From: an uncultured Acidobacteriota bacterium
GTDB taxonomy: Bacteria > Acidobacteriota > Vicinamibacteria > Vicinamibacterales > CAVVIG01
DNA length: 64,000 nt
Direction: 5' to 3'
Assembly (NCBI GenBank): GCA_963757355.1
Contig: CAVWRG010000003.1
Location: forward strand, 2,609,842 to 2,673,841
The position numbers and the translations under genes were made by a program. Positions 48,103-57,456 of this stretch are shown piece by piece. The notes beneath the pieces are model-generated. The model made no database searches and was not told the DNA's origin. It worked only from the letters and a program-made list of their open reading frames with translations. The stretch's first letter is position 1. Each line of letters opens with the position of its first letter.

Positions 48103-49139
48103 CGCTCGAGTCGGAGAAAACGGGCGGCATTGTTATAGAGAATGTCGCGCTTCTGTTGCGAGGTGAGCGAAGGCGCACTCTGAATCGTGTCAATGGCCGC
48201 GGACACCGCGTCGGGCCAGACCATCTCGTCAGATCCGAACATGATTCGATTCCCAAAGCCCGCGTCGACGAGCCGCTGCAGGTAACCGAAAAATTCCTTC
48301 CGTGGGAATGCGTAGTCGATGATCGCGATATCCACGTAGAGTTGCGGGTGAGCGTAAAGCGCGCCGATCGCGTCGTCAGCGAAGGGCCAGCCGGCGTGCA
48401 TGGCCCACAGACGCAGCTTGGGATGGCGCGTGAGGACATCTTCCAGCAGAAGCAGGCTGGAGAGGCGCATCCGGTAGTCCGGCGCGAGGTAGTAGGCCGC
48501 GCCTGGTGGACCGGGCCCCATGTGGATGCCGACAGGCACGTCGAGTTCCTCGGCCAGAGCGTAGTAGGGCTCCATGCGTGGATCATTGGCCGCGATACCG
48601 TCGTATTGCGATGCGATTTCGGCGAAGGCGCTGACGTGTGACCCCTTGACGATCCGTCTTAAATCGTCCACGGTCGGTTTGCCCGTCTTTGCATCGAAGG
48701 TGGCCGCAGTCAGTATCTGATCTCCACCAGCTTCCTTCCATTTGGCGACGATCTTGGCCGGGCCGTTTGCCAGCCCGATGACATTCCGTGATCGAAGAAT
48801 GCTGAGTGTCCGCTGCATGAGATCTTCATCGGTCAATGGGGAGCGCAGGGGAGAGACGCAGGGCGGGCGCGTCAGGAATTCAGCTCCGTATGCCTCGCCT
48901 CCAGTCTTCGGATCCCGAATGGGCCAGGAGGGAAAGGGGGCACAGATGAATACCGGCGGCGGGCCGAGATTGCCAGCGTCGAACGCGTGGAGATGCATGT
49001 CGATCACCGGCTCGTCGCCGGACTGTGCAAGACCGCGGAAGGGCAAGAGGGAGCCCAGAGTCACGACGAGGGCCGCCCACACGGCGCCGACCACGCCGAG
49101 CCGGCGCGCGAAATGTCGCGATGTGGTGGCGGCGTTCAT
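48099..49139 (-). CDS. Amidohydrolase-2 (ACMSD-like) family metal-dependent hydrolase, N-terminally anchored/exported
   Basis: AAGGAG RBS precedes the ATG (complement 49137-49139). Motifs are VIDMHLHAF, VPVGIHMGPG, WAMHAGWP and IMFGSDEMVWP. Confidence 0.75.
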   Translation of the reverse strand: MNAATTSRHFARRLGVVGAVWAALVVTLGSLLPFRGLAQSGDEPVIDMHLHAFDAGNLGPPPVFICAPFPSWPIRDPKTGGEAYGAEFLTRPPCVSPLRSPLTDEDLMQRTLSILRSRNVIGLANGPAKIVAKWKEAGGDQILTAATFDAKTGKPTVDDLRRIVKGSHVSAFAEIASQYDGIAANDPRMEPYYALAEELDVPVGIHMGPGPPGAAYYLAPDYRMRLSSLLLLEDVLTRHPKLRLWAMHAGWPFADDAIGALYAHPQLYVDIAIIDYAFPRKEFFGYLQRLVDAGFGNRIMFGSDEMVWPDAVSAAIDTIQSAPSLTSQQKRDILYNNAARFLRLER

Positions 49140-49364
49140 GGAACATCTCCTTTTGCCTCGATGGCGGCGACCGAACGATGAAAGACACGCATTACGGATG
49201 CTCGAAGATCTTGCGGCACAGATCGGCGAGCCGCTTTTGGACGATGGCGGTCGAGGATGAGGCTCCTTGCGGGGATCGATTCCCTGAGAGAACCTCGATG
49301 ACGGCGGCTGGCGCGCTCCGGCAGCGATTGTCCTCACTGTAGGCCGATGGCTTCAGACGCATAG

Positions 49365-49544
49365 TCAGGTCACCAACCAACCGGCGAAACGGATCCACGC
49401 CTGCGTCTGCGAGCCGAGATACGCCAGCTGCCACGAAACGATGAGCAGCGGCGCGCCCCACGCAAACGCCAGGTGCAATCGGCGATTGCGGAACGTATCG
49501 ATGGCCACGCAGACCAGGACGCAGTGATAAACCAGCGTGCACGT
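49365..49544 (-). pseudogene. Relic: C-terminal ~59 codons of a paralog of membrane protein 47401..48102
   Basis: The minus frame reads TCTLVYHCVLVCVAIDTFRNRRLHLAFAWGAPLLIVSWQLAYLGSQTQAWIRFAGWLVT*. The paralog reads LLCVGIDTIGHRRLHPAFGWGGLLIVGAFQVALYVTRTPAWIALGSRLLS*. A TGA bounds the relic upstream. Confidence 0.65.
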
Positions 49545-49597
49545 TCATGGCTTATTTCCCGGTTGTGACACCTGACCGTCGAGCTCGCTCGCGGCCA

Positions 49598-49687
49598 TCA
49601 CGACGCCAGCCGACTGGCAAACGCGATCCATGACGCCGTCTGCGTTACGTAGAACGCGAGCTGCAAACCCACGATCCGCTTGCACGG
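49598..49687 (-). pseudogene. Relic: C-terminal ~29 codons of the same membrane-protein family
   Basis: The minus frame reads PCKRIVGLQLAFYVTQTASWIAFASRLAS*, aligning to ..LLIVGAFQVALYVTRTPAWIALGSRLLS*. Confidence 0.55.
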
Positions 49688-49844
49688 GCGGGTGGTCAAG
49701 CTAACCGCGCGTAAACCGCGCGCTAACCCGCAAGTACATGCGGCTGAAATATTTGCCGACTTCTGCTAACTCGATGCGTGCCCGCCGAAACCGTGTGCTA
49801 CGCTCTCCGTCCATCGCGCCCGCGGCGGCGCACCCTGGCCAACG

Positions 49845-52199
49845 ATGTCTGTCCCGCGGTTTCGTTACCGCTTCGGTCTCTTCGTTGCCGATGCGGCAAA
49901 CGGCCGCCTCGTTCGACAGGGCCAGCCCGTTCGTTTGCAAGAGCAGCCGTTTCAGGTGTTGGTCGCGCTGCTCGAGCGGCCCGGCGTAGTCGTTACGCGC
50001 GACGAACTGCGCCAGCGTCTTTGGCCTGAGAACACGTTCGTCGAGTTCGACAAGAGTCTGGGCGTCGCGCTCGCCAAAGTCCGCGCCGCGCTGGGCGACG
50101 ACGCGGCGAACCCGCGCTTTGTCGAGACCGTGCCTCGGCGCGGGTACCGATTCGTCGCGCCGATCACGGTCGAGCGCGATGACCTCGATTCAGGTCCGAA
50201 CGCGGCCGCCGCCGCACCAGCCGCGGTTGCGCCGCCGGCGCAACCGGCCGCTTCTATCGAGACGGAACCGGCGCCACCGAGTCGACGGAGCCGCCGGCTG
50301 CGAATCGCCGCGGCGCTTGTCGGCCTCGCGGCAGTCATCGGCGTGGGCATCGTCTACCGGGCTGGCCGTGTCTCGAGCGCGATGCCAGCGTCGATGTCGC
50401 TGGTGATCGCCCAGTTCGCCAACACGACGGGCGATGCGGCCTTCGACGGATCGCTGCGCCGTGCCGCGAGCGTGGCGCTCAGGCAATCGCCGTTTTTGAA
50501 CGTGACGCCGGACGCGGCGGTCAACGAGGCGCTGCAGGATCTCGGACGTGCGCCGGGTGAAGCGGTGTCACCGGGGTTGGCGCGTGACGTGTGCCGGCGT
50601 CTGCACAAAGCGGGGGTGATCGAGGGCAGCGTGGCGCTCGATGACGCGGCCTACGTCGTCGTGGTGAGCGCCAGCCGCTGCGGCGATGGCGTGCTGCTCG
50701 CCCGCGAACGTCAAACGGCCGCAACGAAGGACGCAGTGCTGACAGCACTCGGGCGAGCCCTCGAGCGCGTGCGCGCGATGCTCGGCGAGTCGCGCGAGAC
50801 GTTGACCGCGTACGACAGGCCGCTGCAGGTCGCGACGACGGACTCCATCGACGCGCTGCGGGCGTTCGAGTTGGGGATGGAGCTGCGCAGTCGCGCCGAC
50901 AACGTTCGAGCCGTTCCCGTACTCAAGACCGCTGTCGCACTCGATCCGCAGTTCGCGCTGGCGTACGCGCAGCTTGGCTCGGCGTACTCGAACACCGGCG
51001 ACACGACCGGCGCCGCGCCGTATTTTCGTAAGGCGTTCGAGCTCCGCGATCGCGCGACCGAGCCCGAACGGCTCTACATCACGGGCCGCTACTTCGACAT
51101 CGTCACGGGCGAACTGGAAAAGGGCGCGGAGACGTACCGCCTGTGGACGCGCATGTATCCCGGCGAGTGGCTGGCGTTCAATGCGCTGGCCAATGACGCG
51201 AACCTGATGGGCCGCTATCAGGTCGCGGTGGACGCCGCGGCACGCGCCGTCGAGCTCGAGTCCCGGCAGATCTTCGGCCAGGTCAATTTCCTCACGGCGC
51301 TCCTCGCGCTCAACCGCTTTGACGAGGCGAAGGAGGTGGCCGGCCGAATGTTGGAGCGGGACCCGGACAATAGCTCTGCGCACACCGCGCGCTATGCGAT
51401 GGCCGACTTCCTCGGCGACACGGCGGCGCGCGACCGCGAGCTCGCGTGGAGCCGCGCGACGGCCGACGGCTCCGGCGTGATCTACGCGGAGGCGGAGTCC
51501 GCCGCCCAGCATGGGCGGTTCGCCGAGTGCACGCGGCTGTTTCAGGACGTGGTCCGGACCAGTCGCGCGTTGCACAACGACGCCGCGGCCGCCAACACCC
51601 TCAGCGCGCTGGCGTCGTACGACGCTCTTGCCGGCCTGGACGGACCGGCCCGGCAAGTCGTGGACGCGTCGCTCGCTCTCGCGCGAACGGACACGAGCGT
51701 CGGCATCGCAGCCATCGTCAACGGGCTCCTCGGCCGCGCGCGCGACACGCAAGCGCAGCTCGAGGCGTTCGATCTCGATCGGCCGCTGTCCACGCTCAAC
51801 ATCGGCGTCTTCGCCCCGACCGCCCGGATGGCCCTCGCGCTCGACGCGCCAGGCACGCCAGACGACGTGACGCGGCGAATGGCGTCGACCGCGCCCTACG
51901 AGCTCGGTCAGGAGGCGGGTCTGCTGCCCGTGATCATCCGAGGGCGCGCTTACCTCGCCGTGCGAGCGCCTGCTCTCGCCGCAGCGGAGTTCCAGAAAAT
52001 TCTGGATCACGTGGGGGTCGACCCGGTCTCACCGCTTTACGCGTTCGCGTTCGTCGGGCTGGCCCGCGCCAATGCCGCTCTCGGCAAGCGCGAAGACAGC
52101 CGAAAGGCATATACCGCGTTCTTCGATTTGTGGAAGGCCGCCGATCGCGACGTGCCGATTCTGCGAGCGGCGCTGAGAGAGTACGCGGCCGTTCGCTGA
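49845..52199 (+). CDS. CadC/ToxR-like membrane regulator: OmpR-type winged-helix DNA-binding domain, TM segment, TPR-rich C-terminal domain
   Basis: YRFGLFVADAANGRLVRQGQPVRLQEQPFQVLVALLERPGVVVTRDELRQRLWP..FVETVPRRGYRFV is the trans_reg_C domain. The TM segment is LRIAAALVGLAAVIGVGIVY. Helical repeats continue to the end. Confidence 0.8.
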   Translation: MSVPRFRYRFGLFVADAANGRLVRQGQPVRLQEQPFQVLVALLERPGVVVTRDELRQRLWPENTFVEFDKSLGVALAKVRAALGDDAANPRFVETVPRRGYRFVAPITVERDDLDSGPNAAAAAPAAVAPPAQPAASIETEPAPPSRRSRRLRIAAALVGLAAVIGVGIVYRAGRVSSAMPASMSLVIAQFANTTGDAAFDGSLRRAASVALRQSPFLNVTPDAAVNEALQDLGRAPGEAVSPGLARDVCRRLHKAGVIEGSVALDDAAYVVVVSASRCGDGVLLARERQTAATKDAVLTALGRALERVRAMLGESRETLTAYDRPLQVATTDSIDALRAFELGMELRSRADNVRAVPVLKTAVALDPQFALAYAQLGSAYSNTGDTTGAAPYFRKAFELRDRATEPERLYITGRYFDIVTGELEKGAETYRLWTRMYPGEWLAFNALANDANLMGRYQVAVDAAARAVELESRQIFGQVNFLTALLALNRFDEAKEVAGRMLERDPDNSSAHTARYAMADFLGDTAARDRELAWSRATADGSGVIYAEAESAAQHGRFAECTRLFQDVVRTSRALHNDAAAANTLSALASYDALAGLDGPARQVVDASLALARTDTSVGIAAIVNGLLGRARDTQAQLEAFDLDRPLSTLNIGVFAPTARMALALDAPGTPDDVTRRMASTAPYELGQEAGLLPVIIRGRAYLAVRAPALAAAEFQKILDHVGVDPVSPLYAFAFVGLARANAALGKREDSRKAYTAFFDLWKAADRDVPILRAALREYAAVR

Positions 52200-52254
52200 C
52201 ACGCTCCGGGCCTTCCGATCTGCTGTCAGCAGGCTCCTCCGAAGTCCTATAATC

Positions 52255-53946
52255 ATGTCGCGGGTAATGCCCTCACCCAAGCCGCCCGAATGCCTCGCCG
52301 GCGATGAAGCGCTCAGACGCGGCGCGTGGACCGAGGCACGCGAGGCGTTCGACGCGGTCCTTGGCCTCCAGGAAATTCCCGAAGCGCTCGAGGGCCTCGG
52401 CCTTGCCGCCTGGTGGCTCGATCTCGCCGACGTCGTCTTCGATTCCCGAGAACGCGCCTACCGTGCCTATGTCGCGCGCGACGACCGGCGTGCGGCGGCT
52501 CGCGTCGCGGTGTGGCTGGCGTGGGATTGCTGGGCCTTTCGCGGCGAGAACGCCGTCGCCAATGGGTGGCTTCAACGCGCGCGTCGTCTGCTTGACGGCG
52601 AGCCGGTCTCCTCCGAGCACGCGTGGCTCGACGTCCGGGAAGGCTCGCTGTGTCTGCTTGAAGAGGGCGACCCGGAGCGGGCGCACGCCCTGGCGGCTGA
52701 GGGTATCCGCATCGCACGCGAGGTGGGCAACGTCGACCTCGAGATGCTCGGCCGAGCCATTCAGGGCCTCGCGCTTGTCGTGTCCGGCGCAGTGGCCGAA
52801 GGCATGCGCGGCCTCGACGAGGTGAACACCGCGGTGGTCGCCGGTGAGATGACCGACCTCGTCGCCATCGGCTTGTCCTGCTGTTACATGATTGCGGCGT
52901 GCGAGCGGGTGCGCGACTACGACCGCGCCGTGCAGTGGTGCACTCGGCTCAAGGCCTTCTGTGCGAAGTGGGGCTTTCGTCCGTTGTTTGCCGTGTGCCG
53001 CACACAGTACGCCTCGATTTGCCTCTGGCGAGGCACGTGGCTCGAAGCCGAGCAAGAGTTGTGCGCGGCAAACGATGAGCTCGCGGCGAGTCGTCCGGCC
53101 ATGACCGGCGATGCGCTCGTGCGGCTCGGCGAGCTGCGGCGGCGCCAAGGCCGGTTGGTTGAAGCGACGACGCTCTTCGATCAGGCGGGCGGGCACGGCC
53201 TCGCGTTGCTGGGACGCGCCGAGCTCGCCTTCGATCGCGGCGACTTGCGCGCGGCCGCTGACCAGGCGGCGCGATACCTCCGTCATGTGCGGACACAGAA
53301 CCGGACCGACCGCGCGTCCGGCTTGGACCTGCTGGTGCGCGCACTGACCGATCTTGGCGACGCGGACGGCGCGAAGACCGCGCTGGCGGAGCTGTCGAGC
53401 ATCGCCACGCTCGTGGCCACAATCCCCCTGCGAGCGGCGGCGAGCTTCGCCGCGGGATACGTGGCCATAGGCGACGGGAAACCGGACGCCGGACGGCGAC
53501 ATCTCGAAGATGCCGTGGATCTCTTTCTGCAGAGCGGCGCGCCCTACGAAGTGGCGCGCGCGCGCATTGAGTTGGCTCGCGCTCTCGGTGCGCTTGGACG
53601 AATCGATGCGGCCGCAGACGAGGCACGGCGCGCGATCGAGCTTTTATCAGAGCTGAAGGCGGAGCTCGACATGGCGCGGGCTCGAAGCATCCTCGAGTCG
53701 CTCGCGGCGCAGCAGCAGCCGGATCGGGAATCGACGCTGCGGGCGTCCGGGTGCGGATTGACCAAGCGCGAAATCGAAGTTCTGCGTCTGGTGGCCGAAG
53801 GCCTCAACAATCAGACGATCGCCGAGCGACTCTTCGTGAGCGATCACACCGTCCATCGTCATCTCGCGAACATCTTGAGCAAGCTGAGCGTGTCGACGCG
53901 CGCCGCCGCGGTGGCGCAAGCCGCGCGCCGGGGAATCCTCGTCTAA
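52255..53946 (+). CDS. LuxR-family regulator with N-terminal TPR/helical-repeat domain
   Basis: The C-terminal HTH is GLTKREIEVLRLVAEGLNNQTIAERLFVSDHTVHRHLANILSKL. The preceding ~480 aa are helical repeats, and no Walker motif was seen. Confidence 0.8.
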   Translation: MSRVMPSPKPPECLAGDEALRRGAWTEAREAFDAVLGLQEIPEALEGLGLAAWWLDLADVVFDSRERAYRAYVARDDRRAAARVAVWLAWDCWAFRGENAVANGWLQRARRLLDGEPVSSEHAWLDVREGSLCLLEEGDPERAHALAAEGIRIAREVGNVDLEMLGRAIQGLALVVSGAVAEGMRGLDEVNTAVVAGEMTDLVAIGLSCCYMIAACERVRDYDRAVQWCTRLKAFCAKWGFRPLFAVCRTQYASICLWRGTWLEAEQELCAANDELAASRPAMTGDALVRLGELRRRQGRLVEATTLFDQAGGHGLALLGRAELAFDRGDLRAAADQAARYLRHVRTQNRTDRASGLDLLVRALTDLGDADGAKTALAELSSIATLVATIPLRAAASFAAGYVAIGDGKPDAGRRHLEDAVDLFLQSGAPYEVARARIELARALGALGRIDAAADEARRAIELLSELKAELDMARARSILESLAAQQQPDRESTLRASGCGLTKREIEVLRLVAEGLNNQTIAERLFVSDHTVHRHLANILSKLSVSTRAAAVAQAARRGILV

Positions 53947-54083
53947 CCCGTCGCCATGGCCTGTTCGGGCCATTCTGCCACGCCGGCTCAGAATGACCCG
54001 CGTGGGGGACGCGTCCTCGATCCAACGTGACTACAGTGTTGCGGGTGGGCTGCACTTCACGCGCCCGCAATAAGGAGGCACAG

Positions 54084-54575
54084 ATGAAAACGATCGCTTC
54101 GGCCATCACCGCGGCCGCCATTCTGAGTGGCGGCGGGTACCTCGCCGTCCAGGCTCAAGGTCATACGCATGTCATTCAGTCTCCCAAAGAGGCGCAGTGG
54201 GGTCCCGCGCCTCCGATGCTTCCGGCGGGCGCGCAAATCGCCGTGCTCTCCGGGAATCCCACCGGGGCCGGCGCCTATGCGGTTCGTCTCAAGTTCCCGG
54301 CCAACTACGCCATTCCCGCCCACTCACATCCCACTGACGAGCATGTCGTCGTGGTGTCCGGCGCGGTCACGTTCGGTATGGGCGACAAGCTGGCCAAAGG
54401 CGCAGCGGCGAACAAGACGCTCGACGAAGGCGGCTTCGCGCTGATGCCGGCGAACATGAATCACTTCGCCTACACGGCGCAGGAGACGACGATTGTGCTG
54501 TATGGGCAAGGGCCTGTGGAGTTCAAGTACGTGAATCCCGCCGACGATCCGCGCACGCCGAAGAAGAGTCAGTAA
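54084..54575 (+). CDS. Secreted cupin-domain protein
   Basis: AAGGAGG RBS precedes the ATG at 54084. Signal MKTIASAITAAAILSGGGYLAVQA. Cupin motifs are PAHSHPTDEHVVVVSG and GFALMPANMNHF. Confidence 0.75.
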   Translation: MKTIASAITAAAILSGGGYLAVQAQGHTHVIQSPKEAQWGPAPPMLPAGAQIAVLSGNPTGAGAYAVRLKFPANYAIPAHSHPTDEHVVVVSGAVTFGMGDKLAKGAAANKTLDEGGFALMPANMNHFAYTAQETTIVLYGQGPVEFKYVNPADDPRTPKKSQ

Positions 54576-54580
54576 GCCCG

Positions 54581-55027
54581 CTACACATCGATGACGGAAC
54601 CTGGGCCGGGCGGCGGCGGGGAAGGCTGCCGCCTGCGCCGGAGTGCGATGACGAGCGCGACGCAGCCGGTCCAGGTGGGCAACAGGTCGGCGACCGGCAG
54701 GAGCTCGAGGACGAAGGTCGGCAGCAGCAGCGGGTGAAACCCGATCGCGCGCGAGACAGCGATCATTGCCGCGACGTCGAGCACCTCGTCGGCGAACAGC
54801 CAGCCGAGCGGGCCGAGCATCCACTGCACGACATCAACCGCAACCGCTACGCCGTACGCCGTCCAGAGGCGCACCCGCGTCAGCTCGGGCACGTGCAGCA
54901 GCTTCGTCGTGACCGCGTCGATGACCCTCATTCCGGCACCTGTTCCCAGTGTAACCGCGCCAATCCCAGGCGCATATGTCGAGCGAGTGCTCGCCTTCTC
55001 GCCAAACCACGATGTCACGAAGGCCAC
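54581..55027 (-). CDS. Hypothetical membrane protein
   Basis: 148-aa ORF with several hydrophobic segments (WTAYGVAVAVDVVQWMLGPLGWLF, AAMIAVSRAIGF, CVALVIAL). No assignable family. Confidence 0.4.
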   Translation of the reverse strand: MAFVTSWFGEKASTRSTYAPGIGAVTLGTGAGMRVIDAVTTKLLHVPELTRVRLWTAYGVAVAVDVVQWMLGPLGWLFADEVLDVAAMIAVSRAIGFHPLLLPTFVLELLPVADLLPTWTGCVALVIALRRRRQPSPPPPGPGSVIDV

Positions 55028-55124
55028 GAGGTAATTCCTGTACAGAAGCTCTTCGCTAGCTTCGTGGTTTAAGATTCACGGTGCAACCGGTAGGACGCGA
55101 CGAGACCGAGGAGCGCCGTTCGAG

Positions 55125-56072
55125 ATGAGCTGTTCTGTGATGGCCCGCGTACGCCGCCGCGCTTCGAGCGCGTTTGCGGCTGTTTTCGTCGCCGCGACTT
55201 TCATCCTGGCGCCATCGTCGCCGGATGCGGCGACCGCACCGCTGACGATCGCCATGTCAGATCGCTCCCTGCAGCCGGGCGAGTTGATCGTCGTGCAGAT
55301 CGGCGAAGCCCGTCAGCCGGCCGCGACGAGTGCGGATGCCACCATCCTGACCGACGTCCGCGTGGCCGTCTTCGGCAGGACGGTGGCAGCCTTCGCCGAC
55401 CGCGGCGCGTGGACCGCGCTCGTCGGCATCGATGTGGAACAGCGTCCCGGCCGATACATGGTGACGGCTTCGGCGCATCGCGGATCGAATGCGATCGAGG
55501 CATCGCAGCCGCTCGTCGTTCTGCCAAAGCGCTTTGCGACGCGCACGCTGACAGTGTCGCCAGAGTTCGTCAACCCGCCGCCAGAGGCGGCCGCGCGCAT
55601 CGCAGCCGACGCCAATCAGCTGAACGGCGTCTACGCCCATTCCGCTGACGCTCCATTGTGGCACCGGCCATTCGTCCGTCCCGTACCGCAGGACGCCAAC
55701 AGCCGCTTCGGCCAGCGAAGCCGGTTCAACGGCGAGCTCCGGAGTCCGCATGCCGGCACCGACTTCATGAGTCCAGCCGGCACGCCGGTGAAGGCGCCCA
55801 ACGCCGGCCGCGTGGTCCTCGCGCGCGATCTTTATTTCACCGGCAACACGGTCGTGATCGATCACGGCCTCGGCGTGTTCTCGATACTCGCGCATCTGTC
55901 CCGACTGGATGTGCAGGAAGGGCAGCAGGTGAACAGCGGCGATCTGGTCGGCCTCGTCGGCGCGACCGGAAGGGTCACCGGCCCGCACTTGCACTGGGCG
56001 CTGCGCGTCGCCGGCGCACGCGTGGATCCGATGTCGGCGCTCGCGCTGCTCGGCCAACCCGCGAATGATTGA
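55125..56072 (+). CDS. M23-family metallopeptidase (LytM-like)
   Basis: HAGTDFMSPAGTPVKAPNAG..VVIDHGLGVFSILAHLS..VGATGRVTGPHLHWALRV carries the HxxxD and HxH motifs. Confidence 0.9.
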   Translation: MSCSVMARVRRRASSAFAAVFVAATFILAPSSPDAATAPLTIAMSDRSLQPGELIVVQIGEARQPAATSADATILTDVRVAVFGRTVAAFADRGAWTALVGIDVEQRPGRYMVTASAHRGSNAIEASQPLVVLPKRFATRTLTVSPEFVNPPPEAAARIAADANQLNGVYAHSADAPLWHRPFVRPVPQDANSRFGQRSRFNGELRSPHAGTDFMSPAGTPVKAPNAGRVVLARDLYFTGNTVVIDHGLGVFSILAHLSRLDVQEGQQVNSGDLVGLVGATGRVTGPHLHWALRVAGARVDPMSALALLGQPAND

Positions 56073-56185
56073 TGCGCTTGTCGATCTACGCGACCCCCGT
56101 TCGACGAATTTACGGGGACAGGTCTCCGTACCGGGTGACGGGTTTCAGTGGACGTGGAGCCTTGTCCCCGCACGGAGGTGATGAC

Positions 56186-56563
56186 ATGAATATCCTGCTC
56201 TGGGTGCTTCAAGTGTTGCTCGCGCTGGCGTTCTTCGCCCACGGGTGCCTTCTTCTCTTTCCACCGGCGGCGATCGTCGACCAGATGAACGCGTCGCTCC
56301 CGCGCTGGTTTCAGCTTTTTATCGGCATCGCCGAAGTTCTGGCGGCGGTGGGATTGACGCTGCCAGGCGTCACGCGGATTCAGCCGCGGCTCGTTTCCTG
56401 GGCGGCCGCTGGCGTGATGATCGTGATGATCTCGGCCACGATTTTTCATTCGATGCGCGGTGAAGTGAGCTCGGCGATCACCACATTCGTCCTGCTGGCG
56501 ATCGCCACGTTCATTGCGTACATGCGGTGGCGAATCGCGCCGATCCAGCCTCGAAGAGTCTGA
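56186..56563 (+). CDS. DoxX-family membrane protein
   Basis: GGAGG RBS precedes the ATG at 56186. The sequence is MNILLWVLQVLLALAFFAHG..FIGIAEVLAAVGLTLP..AAGVMIVMISATIFH. Confidence 0.8.
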   Translation: MNILLWVLQVLLALAFFAHGCLLLFPPAAIVDQMNASLPRWFQLFIGIAEVLAAVGLTLPGVTRIQPRLVSWAAAGVMIVMISATIFHSMRGEVSSAITTFVLLAIATFIAYMRWRIAPIQPRRV

Positions 56564-56630
56564 TAGGAGTCGTTGCCAACTCCCCAGCCGCCGCGACCGT
56601 CTAACGCCGGCAGAGGTTTCAGTCGGAGCC

Positions 56631-57452
56631 ATGTTGCACGACGTCCGTCTGGCCGCTCGCCTGCTGCGCAAGCGGCCTGGGTTCACCGTGGTTGCCGCGC
56701 TCACGCTGGCCCTTGGCATCGGCGCGCCCGCCGCCGTGTTCAGCCTCATGGAAGGCGTGCTCCTCACACCGCCGCCCTACCGCGATCCCCAGCGCCTGGT
56801 GCTCGTGCCGTCCGTCCGTGTCGACAGTCAGCAAGTGGAGCGACTCGAGCCCACACCCGCCATTCAATGGATGGATTGGCAGAAGCAGGCGACGTCGTTC
56901 GATGGCATCGCGGCGTACTACTGGACGTTCAACTTTCTCGTGGATGCGGACGGCAGCGAATCACTCGCCGGCATGGGCGAGCTGCGCGCCGTCGATCCTA
57001 CGGTCGCTGTGGAGCACCTGAAGACGCTCGATCAGATTCGCAGCGATTCGCTCGCGTCCCGCATCTTCGCGCAGCGATTGCTCGTGGGGTTTTCCATCGT
57101 CGGCACGCTGTTGACGGTCGTCGGTGTGTACGGCGTTCTGGCGTTGTCGGTCGCCTCGCGACGGCGGGAGATTGCCATTCGGACGGCGGTCGGCGCCCGT
57201 CGCCGTGACATTCACAATCTGGTGTTTGGCGAAGGATTCCGCCTCGTCGCCGGCGGCATCGTCGCCGGCATTGCCGGCGCGTTGGCGATGTCGCGCGTGC
57301 TCCAGTCGTTGCTCTTTGAAGTGGCGCCTACCGATCCCGTCACGATTGGCGCCGCGGTCCTGCTGTTCGCCAGCGTCACGCTCATCGCCTGCTGGGCGCC
57401 GACGAGGCGGGCGGCAGCCGTCGATCCGCTCGAAGCGTTGCGATGCGAGTGA
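56631..57452 (+). CDS. Internally deleted ADOP/FtsX-type permease (about 273 aa versus about 881 aa for the paralog at 38509..41154)
   Basis: The N-terminus MLHDVRLAARLLRKRPGFTVVAALTLALGIGA aligns to the family start. The C-terminus ..SRRREIAIRTAVGARRRDI..FEVAPTDPVT..CWAPTRRAAAVDPLEALRCE aligns to the last FtsX module. The middle ~600 aa are absent. Confidence 0.7.
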   Translation: MLHDVRLAARLLRKRPGFTVVAALTLALGIGAPAAVFSLMEGVLLTPPPYRDPQRLVLVPSVRVDSQQVERLEPTPAIQWMDWQKQATSFDGIAAYYWTFNFLVDADGSESLAGMGELRAVDPTVAVEHLKTLDQIRSDSLASRIFAQRLLVGFSIVGTLLTVVGVYGVLALSVASRRREIAIRTAVGARRRDIHNLVFGEGFRLVAGGIVAGIAGALAMSRVLQSLLFEVAPTDPVTIGAAVLLFASVTLIACWAPTRRAAAVDPLEALRCE

Positions 57453-57456
57453 GGGA

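Noticed and set aside
50568-53502. ORFs 50568..52010 (-, 480 aa) and 52273..53502 (-, 409 aa)
   Set aside because: They are antisense to the CadC-like and LuxR-family regulators, which carry clear DNA-binding domains in the plus frames.
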